DNA from: a virus
Lineage: Duplodnaviria > Caudoviricetes
IMG/VR virus record: IMGVR_UViG_3300032288_004306
Location: 1 to 61,050 of that record
DNA length: 61,050 bases
Reading direction: 5' to 3' (one strand)
Positions 30,001 to 38,322 of this stretch are shown in pieces. Position 1 is the first letter of the stretch. The number at the start of each line of letters is the position of its first letter. The translations under genes were made by a program, and so were the position numbers. A model generated the notes under the pieces. It saw nothing but the letters and a program-made list of their open reading frames with translations, did not search any database and was not told the DNA's origin.

Positions 30001-31753
30001 TCGTACACTTGGTGATGGTGGTTCAGGATTCACTGTTCCAAATGTTCCATCTCCAGATGAAGTTACTGAATTATCATTCAACTATTATCTACCAAGAATC
30101 GACAAACTAGTCTTGTCAAAAGATAAGGAGTTTAGAATTCTCCAAGGTAAATCATCAGCCCAACCACTTCCTCCAGAGGATGTGGATGACGCAATGACAT
30201 TATACACGATCAAACTTCCACCATATGTGGCAGATGTTCGTGAAATTAAGATGGTTTATATTGAAAATCGTCGATTTACGATGAAGGATATTTCCTCTAT
30301 CGAAAAACGTCTACAGAAAGTTGAGTTCTTCACTTCTCTAAACAATGTTGAAAATCTTGCACTTGCAGATAAGACGCAATACGAAGATGGCACAGAAAAA
30401 GAGAAGTATGGTATCGTTGGTGAGAACTTCCGCAACTTTAATATTGCAGACTATAAGAACGCCGACTTTAATGCAGCATTGGAAGGTGGTTTCCTAATTC
30501 CTCCAATGAACATTAATAGCGTTGGCTTCAAGAGAGTTTCAGTTGATACAACTCAAACAAATCGTAAAACAGTAACTCTTCAATATACTGAAACTCCAGC
30601 AATCATTCAAGGATTGGCTGCTAACAAAGCTGTTTCTGTCCAACCATTCTTGTTTGGTCAGTTTAATGGAACATTGTTGTTGTCGCCAGAAACAGATTAC
30701 TGGGTCTCAGAAACATTGAAGCCAGAGGTTATCACGGTTCCAGAAAGAATTATCGAAAATCACACTGTGATTCGCGAAATTATCACCGAACCATCACCAC
30801 CTGTAACAATCATTAATGTGTTGCCAACTGTAAACGCAGCAACTCAAATTATTGAAACACCAGGCGGTGATCCACCAGCTCCACCATCAGAAGAAATTGT
30901 TGTAGTTGAGCCACCTGCTCCACCTGCTCCAGTAATTCCACCTGCGCCAGTGCTTGTACAACCTGAATATGATCCATGGCAAGAAAGAACATGTCCAGCT
31001 CCATGGATGATGATCACGTTGGATAATGGATATAAACTACCAGCTGGTGAATTGAAGCCAGGAATGTTTGTTCGTGCAGCCCATGAGCATACACTAGATG
31101 TTGGTAAGTATGAAGTCACTCATGTTGAGTCAATTCAAGATGCAGAAAGAATTCTAATTGAATTCGAGCATGTTGATTTCGTCTGTTCTCTATCGCATAA
31201 ATTCTATGTGAATGGTGAGTGGGTGGATGCGCAAGATCTAGAAGTTGGCGATATGGTTGGTCTCGCACCACAAGAATACGAAGTTCTTGGTATTAGAGAA
31301 TATGATGATGGTGAAGTTATTAAGATCACTGTCAACGAAGCACATACATACTTCTGTGAAGATATTCTCTCGCACAATAAGCCACCAACTCTTGATCCAG
31401 AACCATTTGTGGATCCAGTGTTGCCTGACGTTGTTGTTCCACTTGTTCCACCAGATCCACCAAATCTCGAAATTAAGTTTGAGTTTGATCCATGGTGGGG
31501 TATCATTCCAAGAAATATGTTTGGTTGGGGTGGATCGTTTGATGGATCATCATGGTTCCCAGCTGTGATGACAACAATCACTGACATTCCTCCTCCAATT
31601 GAATCGCCAAATCCAATGCTCTCAGAGCCAATTATATTGGGTGCGCCAATTGAAGATGTCAGTGCAAGTTTGATTACGACTGCTACTCGCAATGGAGGCG
31701 GTGGAAGGGATATCGATATGGATTTCCTCAATTTTAGATATGACTTAAATTAA
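27083..31753 (+). CDS. Large virion structural protein (VrlC/DUF4815-like, N-terminal part) with a Hint domain near the C-terminus
   Basis: PY.DDF, RILFKPG.AVQARELTQ.QS.LQNQI, APGADR, LARRTFDESGDY, IDFRP, YYLPRIDK, NRRFTMKDI..IEKR. Confidence 0.85.
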   Translation: MEFNIEPYNDDFQQNALDNNYVRILFKPGRAVQARELTQIQSMLQNQIKQFGDHVFQDGSPVIGGNLTLDNKVKYLKLQETFNNTDIDVDEFNEKVIRNEDGTVQAKVLATYFPPDGIPTLLVKYITGVEFADGDTLKIIGTQTQAQLIGSSANGFATVCSVNEGVFYVDGFFVQVPNQTTVVSPYSTVANVKIGLEISDDIVDSDIDTTLLDPAQSSFNYQAPGADRYQFNLSLSTRPLDTVVDESQFFELMRVEQGAITKQVKYPIYAELEKTLARRTFDESGDYTVRPFRASIQDGTDANNYTISIEPGKAYVKGFEFETIGTLKIDAPKPRGASDIKSLVDTDVDISYGNFLYVTALRGSGAFINTSALEKVDIHASYSSGINTAQTAASGNVFYYSNTRIGSARVKNFTRYSADGFNNKTDSNGVYSLYLTDINIQPKVLKVNNASGAANTLNLHAGLFCSNVNNFINVSITILPVRLDAIANVNVANVFANSYRVNANSAVANVFNSPNVNVGSIIRIGNEVREVTSINTAGDYLIVNTAFENTFVATDKDSNPLSVFVQSDYTQNVTNQSRIITSAGTATGNSFFVLDRPFDNFGIPDANTVFQMNFSIDNARSFVSGPVVANARNLVANASMNVASLSFDRSFFTTLEDKQRNGFIFRLPANYVSRSTLNNADYNFNKIILNRSNTGTANQFALSQGSGLETFETIPFADATGAIQDNLIVVVRDNNGNTQYPNGSVLQLTAGNVTIGSPATSITIDTFVPDILKVDILINVKQNDAEDKIRKKIYYSNTSWSGTRTNFTYPTSENGNTTVTLDNYTTVANINVAQGFIFLGDPTFNAVRPGDAINLFVPDVVKVNKVLAGNTTHYPDANNVADITDRFYVDYGQRDDIYDHAKLILKQGYDSPSAKLLVHVDFYQHIYASGSNVSFFSVDSYSQTQYENGAIPIYTSNDGTVYNLRDCIDFRPTRTLGDGGSGFTVPNVPSPDEVTELSFNYYLPRIDKLVLSKDKEFRILQGKSSAQPLPPEDVDDAMTLYTIKLPPYVADVREIKMVYIENRRFTMKDISSIEKRLQKVEFFTSLNNVENLALADKTQYEDGTEKEKYGIVGENFRNFNIADYKNADFNAALEGGFLIPPMNINSVGFKRVSVDTTQTNRKTVTLQYTETPAIIQGLAANKAVSVQPFLFGQFNGTLLLSPETDYWVSETLKPEVITVPERIIENHTVIREIITEPSPPVTIINVLPTVNAATQIIETPGGDPPAPPSEEIVVVEPPAPPAPVIPPAPVLVQPEYDPWQERTCPAPWMMITLDNGYKLPAGELKPGMFVRAAHEHTLDVGKYEVTHVESIQDAERILIEFEHVDFVCSLSHKFYVNGEWVDAQDLEVGDMVGLAPQEYEVLGIREYDDGEVIKITVNEAHTYFCEDILSHNKPPTLDPEPFVDPVLPDVVVPLVPPDPPNLEIKFEFDPWWGIIPRNMFGWGGSFDGSSWFPAVMTTITDIPPPIESPNPMLSEPIILGAPIEDVSASLITTATRNGGGGRDIDMDFLNFRYDLN
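30992..31378 (+). other. Hint (intein-like) domain, residues C1304-N1432 of the 27083 ORF
   Basis: CPAPWMMITL..G....AGELKPG (block A), CSLSHKFY (block B), W..A.DL..GD, V..ITV..AHTYF...ILSHN (blocks F/G); +1 residue is Lys; no endonuclease domain. Confidence 0.85.
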
Positions 31754-31773
31754 AAGATTAGGTAAAGAAGAAT

Positions 31774-34700
31774 ATGCCAATTACAACAAATTACGGTAAA
31801 GTCGTTGTTGACACAAACCTTGTCCCTTACATTCGTGAGAGGCAGGTTCAATTTCTTGCTCAAAATTTGAGACCATATAAACTCGCCAAAATCTTTTTTG
31901 ACGATGTTGCGGTTAATCAATTTTGTCAAGCACCTGGTCGATTATTGCTTGATTCTAAAAAAGCAATTACTGTTGAGAGAAATAATTCTACAACGATTAC
32001 GACAACTGATATAGCATTCCAAGGTTCTTCAAATACCGTAAATACCTTCAATGCTATTGTTGAAAATTTCTATAGTGGCAATAATACTGTTATTCTTCGC
32101 CGTTTAAGTGGTAACTTTGACGATCAATCTCAACTTTTCATTGAGAATGTTTCTACTGGTGTTGTTTATGCCAACTGTAATATTGCAACAGTTACAAATT
32201 TAAATACATCTGATTCGTTTAGAATCGGTGAGGGTATTGTCGCCCCAGAACGTGGAAATGGTTATGGCACTGTATTGGCTACCTCTGGCGAAAATGTTCT
32301 TTATGTTAATCAGAATTATCTAAATCTAAACGTAGATGCAGTTGGCGTTAATACTATTGCGTCAATGAGTGGCGATTACAAAGATGGTGACGTCGTTTAT
32401 CAAACATTGACTGGCGTTCCACGATATGATCTTGCAACGTTTAAAGGTATTGTGAGATACTTCAACGTTAATGGACAAGGTGCACTTGCGATCGAGCCAT
32501 TATCTGGTAAAGTTGTTGCGAATTCAAATGTCGCAAGTTCTAATGCTGTTGTTAGACTTTGGAATGCAACATCGACTGGTTCTAAGCCACTCGCAGCAAA
32601 TCAATACAACCGCAGTTACTTTGCTTCAAATAGTAACGTTCAAAGCGTTATTAATACATCAGTTAAGATTAATACAAGCTCTTGGATTCATCGTTCAAGT
32701 TTGATTGCAAATACTGATGCTCCAAATAACTCAACAATTATTCTCAGCACACAAAGCGGTAACAATCCTGCAAATGGTAACTTGATTTATCTCACATCAG
32801 GTACTGGTGTTGGTACAGTTAAAAGAATTGTTTCAATCAGCGGTGATGTAGCTGTTCTTAATAGCGCACTTGGATTTAATGTAACATCAAATACATACTA
32901 TTCAATCGGCAACTTTGAAGTTGATCAATACGGAACATTGGCTGGTATCTTCCATATTCCATCATATTCAAACTTCAAGTTTAAGACAGGTAATCGTGTA
33001 CTTACAATCACTGATACGAATACCTATAATGACCCTGACTATGACATGCGTGCATCAGCAATTTATGCTGCTTCGGGTATCTTGAAATCTACGCAAAGAT
33101 TGCAAACAACACCAGTGTTGGCTCCTCTACCTGAGGTAGAAGCTGACGCCCCAGTTGTTCCAATTCCTCCATCAGATAGAACATTCAACTCTCAACAAAA
33201 TAAGAGCCCTGTCACAGGTTCTACTGGATCAACTACACCAAGAATTCCTCTTGGAGATGGTTTGTCGCAAACATTCTTTACGCCAAAACCATTAAGCAAC
33301 AACCAAGATTATGGTATGTTCGTAACTTCAGTTGATTTGTTCTTTAAGAGCAAGCCAGCTTCTGGTGGATTCTTCACGAATTCGCTCTTACAAAAACGCA
33401 GTAGCATGCAATTGCCTGTGACTGTAAAGATCGCCGAAGTTCAAAATGGTTATCCAACAAAGAACTACCTGGCTTCAAAGACAATTCAAGCAAAAGACGT
33501 TAATGTATCTGAAGTTCCAAGCACATCAAATACTGCAACTGTGACGAAATTTACTTTCGACGATCCAGTTTATTTGGAACCAGCTCGTGAGTATGCTTTA
33601 ATTGTTGGATCAGATTCTCCAGACTATGAATTGTTTATCGCTGAAATTGGCGAAGATGTACTAGGTTCATCACCAACTCGCCGTATTTCTGAGCAGCCAT
33701 ATGCTGGATCATTGTTCAGATCACAAAACTCATCAACTTGGACACCATATCAAAATCAAGACTTGATGTTTGTGATTAATAAGGCAGTGTTTGCATCATC
33801 AGGAACAGCGACGTTTAATCTTGATATGCCACCTACTGCAAACGTTGACATCGATCGTGTCATGCTTGTTTCTTCAGATTTGAAGTTCCCAGTTGGCACA
33901 GTAGACTATAAATTGAAGGGTTTATTCTCTTCAAATACGCAGCAAGAAAATCCAGGCGTCTATCTTGTTCCTTATGGAGCAGTTGAATATGGCACCTTGC
34001 TAGATCGTTCAGGTAAGCCAGCATCTGGTTCGTTCTTGAATCGTCGTCGTATGGTTCGTGGCAATTCAAATAGTTTCATCATGACTCTTGAAATGTCATC
34101 AACTAATGGTGATGTTTCTCCAGTGGTAAATCTAGAAAGATTGTCGCTCGCTGCAGCAACGTTCGGTATCAATAACGCTGGATTGCAGAATACTCATATC
34201 TCTATCACTAATGCTGGTGCTGGTTATAATGCCATGTCAACCAGCGGAAACGTGGTAAAGGGCTCTACAAATAACGCAATCAATAACTTTGCTCAGTTGT
34301 ATCGTGAAACTTATCTTGCTAATAACTGGAACATTGGATTCTATAACGTAACGATTACGAATAATCCAAACGATAGTGGAACAGGTGCTTCTGGTTTCGC
34401 AGTTGCAAATACTGATGGTTCGAACACGATTAGTTATGTTGTCATGACAACGACTGGTAGTGGATATCTAGAAACTCCAACTGTCTCTTTTGCCACTGGC
34501 AATGCTACAACAACCACTCAAGCGCAAGGTATTGTTTCTGGTGAAACAAGCAAGTCTGGCGGTAACATGGTTGCGAAGTATATCACTCGCGAAATTGTTC
34601 TCGAAGATGGATTTGAGGCTGGTGATTTGAGAGTATTCATGGATGCGATTCGCCCAACGGCTACTGACATTCAAGTTTACTACAAGGTTCTATCTCCAGA

Positions 34701-34965
34701 TGATCCACAACGTCTTGCTGATAAGAGTTGGAGAAGAATGTCAATTGTGAAGGATATCTATTCCAAGAATGCGAAAACGATTATTGGATTAGAATTTAAG
34801 CCTTCTCTTGACTCAAACAAGATTTCTTACACAGAAAACGGTTTAAATTATCCAATCGGTGGAATCTTTAAGAACTTTGCTGTGAAAGTTTGTATGAGAA
34901 CCACTGACGCTTCGATCGTTCCTAAGATTCGCAATCTAAGAATTATTGCTGTTCCTGAGGGTTAA
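31774..34965 (+). CDS. Large virion structural protein (VrlC/DUF4815-like, C-terminal part)
   Basis: PYIR.R.V.F....LRP, FFDDV.V, G.F.IP, L.QTF, TSVDLFF..KP, F..PVYL, GSLF.SQN..TWT..Q..DL.F, P....LR.IA. Confidence 0.8.
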   Translation: MPITTNYGKVVVDTNLVPYIRERQVQFLAQNLRPYKLAKIFFDDVAVNQFCQAPGRLLLDSKKAITVERNNSTTITTTDIAFQGSSNTVNTFNAIVENFYSGNNTVILRRLSGNFDDQSQLFIENVSTGVVYANCNIATVTNLNTSDSFRIGEGIVAPERGNGYGTVLATSGENVLYVNQNYLNLNVDAVGVNTIASMSGDYKDGDVVYQTLTGVPRYDLATFKGIVRYFNVNGQGALAIEPLSGKVVANSNVASSNAVVRLWNATSTGSKPLAANQYNRSYFASNSNVQSVINTSVKINTSSWIHRSSLIANTDAPNNSTIILSTQSGNNPANGNLIYLTSGTGVGTVKRIVSISGDVAVLNSALGFNVTSNTYYSIGNFEVDQYGTLAGIFHIPSYSNFKFKTGNRVLTITDTNTYNDPDYDMRASAIYAASGILKSTQRLQTTPVLAPLPEVEADAPVVPIPPSDRTFNSQQNKSPVTGSTGSTTPRIPLGDGLSQTFFTPKPLSNNQDYGMFVTSVDLFFKSKPASGGFFTNSLLQKRSSMQLPVTVKIAEVQNGYPTKNYLASKTIQAKDVNVSEVPSTSNTATVTKFTFDDPVYLEPAREYALIVGSDSPDYELFIAEIGEDVLGSSPTRRISEQPYAGSLFRSQNSSTWTPYQNQDLMFVINKAVFASSGTATFNLDMPPTANVDIDRVMLVSSDLKFPVGTVDYKLKGLFSSNTQQENPGVYLVPYGAVEYGTLLDRSGKPASGSFLNRRRMVRGNSNSFIMTLEMSSTNGDVSPVVNLERLSLAAATFGINNAGLQNTHISITNAGAGYNAMSTSGNVVKGSTNNAINNFAQLYRETYLANNWNIGFYNVTITNNPNDSGTGASGFAVANTDGSNTISYVVMTTTGSGYLETPTVSFATGNATTTTQAQGIVSGETSKSGGNMVAKYITREIVLEDGFEAGDLRVFMDAIRPTATDIQVYYKVLSPDDPQRLADKSWRRMSIVKDIYSKNAKTIIGLEFKPSLDSNKISYTENGLNYPIGGIFKNFAVKVCMRTTDASIVPKIRNLRIIAVPEG

Positions 34966-34967
34966 TT

Positions 34968-35195
34968 ATGGGCGACAGAGCGAGAGTAAAAGAAAATACC
35001 AGTTTTGTTAAAGATTTAGACACTATGGTTGTTCTAAACACTAACAAAGGTGCAGTAGCAAAGCATAAACAAAAAATGGCTGAATTAAATCGCGCAAAGC
35101 ACGTAGAAAGCGAAATAAATAATCTGAAGTCAGAAGTCTCTGATATTAAAGACATGCTTTCTCAAATTTTAAAAGCCGTTGGTGGCGAGAAGTAA
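34968..35195 (+). CDS. Small coiled-coil protein commonly found after VrlC-like genes
   Basis: KD..T..VLNT, EINNLKSEVSDIKDML.QIL. Confidence 0.65.
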   Translation: MGDRARVKENTSFVKDLDTMVVLNTNKGAVAKHKQKMAELNRAKHVESEINNLKSEVSDIKDMLSQILKAVGGEK

Positions 35196-35198
35196 AAT

Positions 35199-37544
35199 AT
35201 GGCAAATACAATTAATGTCGGTTTAACAACCACAACAAATACGTTTAATCAGTGGAGAATCACAGACAATCTCATGGCGAACGACGTCAATGAGATTGCT
35301 CGTGGCAACTTTGTCAAACCAACTGGTAACGTAACGATTTCTCAAGGCTTTGTTCGAATTGCAAATGCTACTGGTGGTGTTATTCTTGACGTTGCTGACG
35401 ATACAAATATCGACGGAACGCTAACTGTTTATGACGTTGAAGTTGATAACGCTACGAACCACATGTATGTCGATTGCGGCGATATTCGCTATCGTCGCAT
35501 GGGTCAAAATGACTTCTATCATATCAACACAAATACGACAATTTATGCAACTAACATCTCGTTCACCAATGCTGCATCTGGCACACTAAATGTTAACAAT
35601 CAGTATGTGACGATTAATACTCAGTTTGCAAATGTTGCAAATACTCAAGATACAGCAGTTTTAAATATTCATCCACCTAATGTGTGGGTATTTGGCACGA
35701 ATGTGAATATTCAAAATACAACTGCTGGATCTTTAAACGTCTTTAATAGGCTTACTCACGTAAACTCAGGAAATGTTTACTTTGGTAATAATGATCCAGT
35801 ATCAAAGGTTATTGTTGAATCTCAAAATACGATTATCTTTGGTTCCAATGTAACTATTCAGAATACATCTGCAGGAACAGTGAATATTAACAATCGTATT
35901 GTTGAAGTCACTTCACCTAATATAATCTATTCGAACACGCACTCAACCGCAAGATTTAATGTTTATCCAAATACATTCTATTTTGGTGGACATGTTAATA
36001 TTGCAAACGTCGAATTAACATCTACATTTAATGTTGCTCCGATCACAAACTTTTTCGGAACCAATGTTAATGTTTCAAACACAACACAAGGCGGCACGTT
36101 CAATGTGTCGTCAAATACGTTTATCACTGCCTCAAATGTTACAATTGCTAACACTCAAGTTGGCGGAACATTAAATGTTGCGTCTAATACGAACATTACT
36201 GCATCAAACGTATTAATTTCTAATACTCAAGCAGGTGGTACGTTTAATGTTGCATCAAATACGACAATCACTGCTTCAAATGTAACGATTTCGAATACAC
36301 AGGTCGGTGGAACATTTAATGTTGCATCAAATACAACAGTAACTGCAGCAAACGTAACGTTCTCAAATACGACTGCTGGTGGCACTTTAAACGTTGCCAC
36401 AAACACTCGTATCACCGCAGCAAACGTTGTAATTTCGAATACGACTGTTGGCGGCACCCTTAACGTTGCATCTAATACTCGTATCACTGCAGCCAACGTT
36501 GTCATTTCAAATACAACAGTTGGTGGTACATTGAATGTTGAATCAAATACAACACTATCACCGCAACATGTCTTGTTCTCAAACGCAGCCGCAGCAGCAA
36601 CTGTAAACGTGACTCCAAATACTTGGATTAGTGGCAACTTAAATCTTGCATCAAATCTTGAGGTTACAAAAACATCATTCTTCTATGGTAACGTTGTTGC
36701 TTCTCAGAATGCCAATGTTACAGGAACAGTAAATGTTGGATCAATATTAGCAGTCACAGGAAATACGTTACTATTGTCCAATTTGACAATTAGTAGAAAC
36801 ACGGTTGTATCGCAAAATGCTAATGTTCTAGGAACATTGAATGTCGCTTCTCTTGAAGTTGGAAGTAATATCACGACAGGCAACTTGAGAGTTACTGGGC
36901 TTGCGAACATTGCTTGTGCAAACATAATTCAAGCAACAGTTACATCGTTGACTGTGTTGGATCCAATTATTGCACCTTCAGAAAACGACTCTGATTCGTA
37001 TCGCTTGCGTTATACATCTAACACTCGCGGTGATGGTCAGTTCGGTGTTTATCTCGGATCTGCTGCAAATGGTAACGCATTCATCAAGTTCGATACTGCA
37101 CTTGGTAACGTCTGGCGTATTACATCAAACAGCACACAAGGTATCTACGACACGATCTTCTCAACCAAAGCATACTATGCAAATACGTTGCAAGGATATG
37201 CTGAAGGTATGGTCACAGCAACGGTGACATCTGGTACATATACTGCAAATCTAGCCCATTCAAACATCTTTGATTTGACTTTGGCTCGTGTTGCAGGTAC
37301 TTCAACAGCATTAACCTTTGAGAAAGCACCAGTAACTGGAAATCTATTCTCTGTGACATTGATTGTTCGTCAATCAGCCGCTGCAGGTAATACGTTGAGT
37401 TATGCTAATACGGTGAAGTGGTCCAACGGCGAAGAACCAGTACTGGCTTCAGGTACTTCTGGTAAACTTGACGTTATCACGTTACTTACTGTAGACGGTG
37501 GTACGACATTCTTCGGTTCACACGCTATGGCTAATGTTGGTTAA
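35199..37544 (+). CDS. Tail fibre-like protein with a beta-repeat shaft and C-terminal adaptor-type domain
   Basis: N-terminal T.TF.QWR..N anchor motif; 24-aa repeats; C-terminal NIFDLTL..TLIVRQ..VKWSNG..P...DVITL.T.DGG.T..G. Confidence 0.7.
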   Translation: MANTINVGLTTTTNTFNQWRITDNLMANDVNEIARGNFVKPTGNVTISQGFVRIANATGGVILDVADDTNIDGTLTVYDVEVDNATNHMYVDCGDIRYRRMGQNDFYHINTNTTIYATNISFTNAASGTLNVNNQYVTINTQFANVANTQDTAVLNIHPPNVWVFGTNVNIQNTTAGSLNVFNRLTHVNSGNVYFGNNDPVSKVIVESQNTIIFGSNVTIQNTSAGTVNINNRIVEVTSPNIIYSNTHSTARFNVYPNTFYFGGHVNIANVELTSTFNVAPITNFFGTNVNVSNTTQGGTFNVSSNTFITASNVTIANTQVGGTLNVASNTNITASNVLISNTQAGGTFNVASNTTITASNVTISNTQVGGTFNVASNTTVTAANVTFSNTTAGGTLNVATNTRITAANVVISNTTVGGTLNVASNTRITAANVVISNTTVGGTLNVESNTTLSPQHVLFSNAAAAATVNVTPNTWISGNLNLASNLEVTKTSFFYGNVVASQNANVTGTVNVGSILAVTGNTLLLSNLTISRNTVVSQNANVLGTLNVASLEVGSNITTGNLRVTGLANIACANIIQATVTSLTVLDPIIAPSENDSDSYRLRYTSNTRGDGQFGVYLGSAANGNAFIKFDTALGNVWRITSNSTQGIYDTIFSTKAYYANTLQGYAEGMVTATVTSGTYTANLAHSNIFDLTLARVAGTSTALTFEKAPVTGNLFSVTLIVRQSAAAGNTLSYANTVKWSNGEEPVLASGTSGKLDVITLLTVDGGTTFFGSHAMANVG
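36090..36593 (+). repeat. About seven tandem 72-nt (24-aa) coding repeats
   Basis: Consensus GGT(F/L)NVASNTxITA(S/A)NVxISNTxx; more degenerate copies lie upstream. Confidence 0.85.
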
Positions 37545-37555
37545 GGAGATTATTC

Positions 37556-37960
37556 ATGAGTAATGTTCTTAAATTTCCACAAAGTTCAGTTCATGATTCT
37601 TTTGAAGGAATTCTAAAAGCATATCGCGAAAAGGTTCAAAAGATCGATGCACGCGAAAACGTAGTTGTTCTTAATTTGAATGAGTCAAATATCTTCAATA
37701 TTACACTACGCAAAAACGTAGTAAATATTTCATTCGATCATTTGCCTGAAGCAGATTTAGCATACTCTTGTGTGTTAGTTTTAAAACAAGATTCAATTGG
37801 CAATCGTAAAGTAATTTTCCCAGAGAATGTTTATTGGTCATTTAATGAAGTTGCAGTATTAGCAACAAAGCCAGGATTTGCAGACGTTATTACATTGATG
37901 ACGTGTGATGGTGGTGAAACTTATTATGCATCTCATGCTTTAGCCAATTTAGGTCGTTAG
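37556..37960 (+). CDS. Stand-alone paralogue of the fibre C-terminal domain
   Basis: NIFNITL, LVLKQD..G.R...FP..VYW, DVITL.T.DGGETYYASHALAN versus DVITLLTVDGGTTFFGSHAMAN in the upstream gene. Confidence 0.7.
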   Translation: MSNVLKFPQSSVHDSFEGILKAYREKVQKIDARENVVVLNLNESNIFNITLRKNVVNISFDHLPEADLAYSCVLVLKQDSIGNRKVIFPENVYWSFNEVAVLATKPGFADVITLMTCDGGETYYASHALANLGR

Positions 37961-37973
37961 GAGGTTATTTTAA

Positions 37974-38303
37974 ATGGCATTAGCAAAAATTAAAGATGTT
38001 ACATTGTATGTTGGTCTTACAGAAAATGGTGCAGCATGTTTTCAAGTAAAGAAACTTCTTGCTGATAATAACATTCCACACAAACTTCTTGCATACAATG
38101 ATACAGCACAACACCCATCAGTGTTTGGTGCATTAAACACATGGCGTTGGGGTGAAAATTTAGAAACAAGAACATTTACTGATTTTCCAATTGTTCACTG
38201 GAAAGAAGTTGACACCAATGCTGATATAGTTTTAAAATGCGTTACATCAGTCGCAGAACTAAACAACTCTTCATTATTGTTAAATAAAGAACTCGTAGAA
38301 TAA
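37974..38303 (+). CDS. Glutaredoxin-fold-like protein lacking CxxC
   Basis: VTLY....AACFQVKKLL..NNIP, and ..DFPIV (cis-Pro-like motif). Confidence 0.5.
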   Translation: MALAKIKDVTLYVGLTENGAACFQVKKLLADNNIPHKLLAYNDTAQHPSVFGALNTWRWGENLETRTFTDFPIVHWKEVDTNADIVLKCVTSVAELNNSSLLLNKELVE

Positions 38304-38322
38304 TTTCAATAGTTGAGATAAA

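Noticed and set aside
30992-31378. Mobile splicing intein
   Set aside because: No endonuclease, +1 residue is Lys, and the site is a low-complexity linker; treated as a cleavage-type Hint domain
31730-31780. Frameshift or readthrough joining the two VrlC-like genes
   Set aside because: 20-nt gap with its own purine-rich RBS and ATG; no slippery heptamer seen
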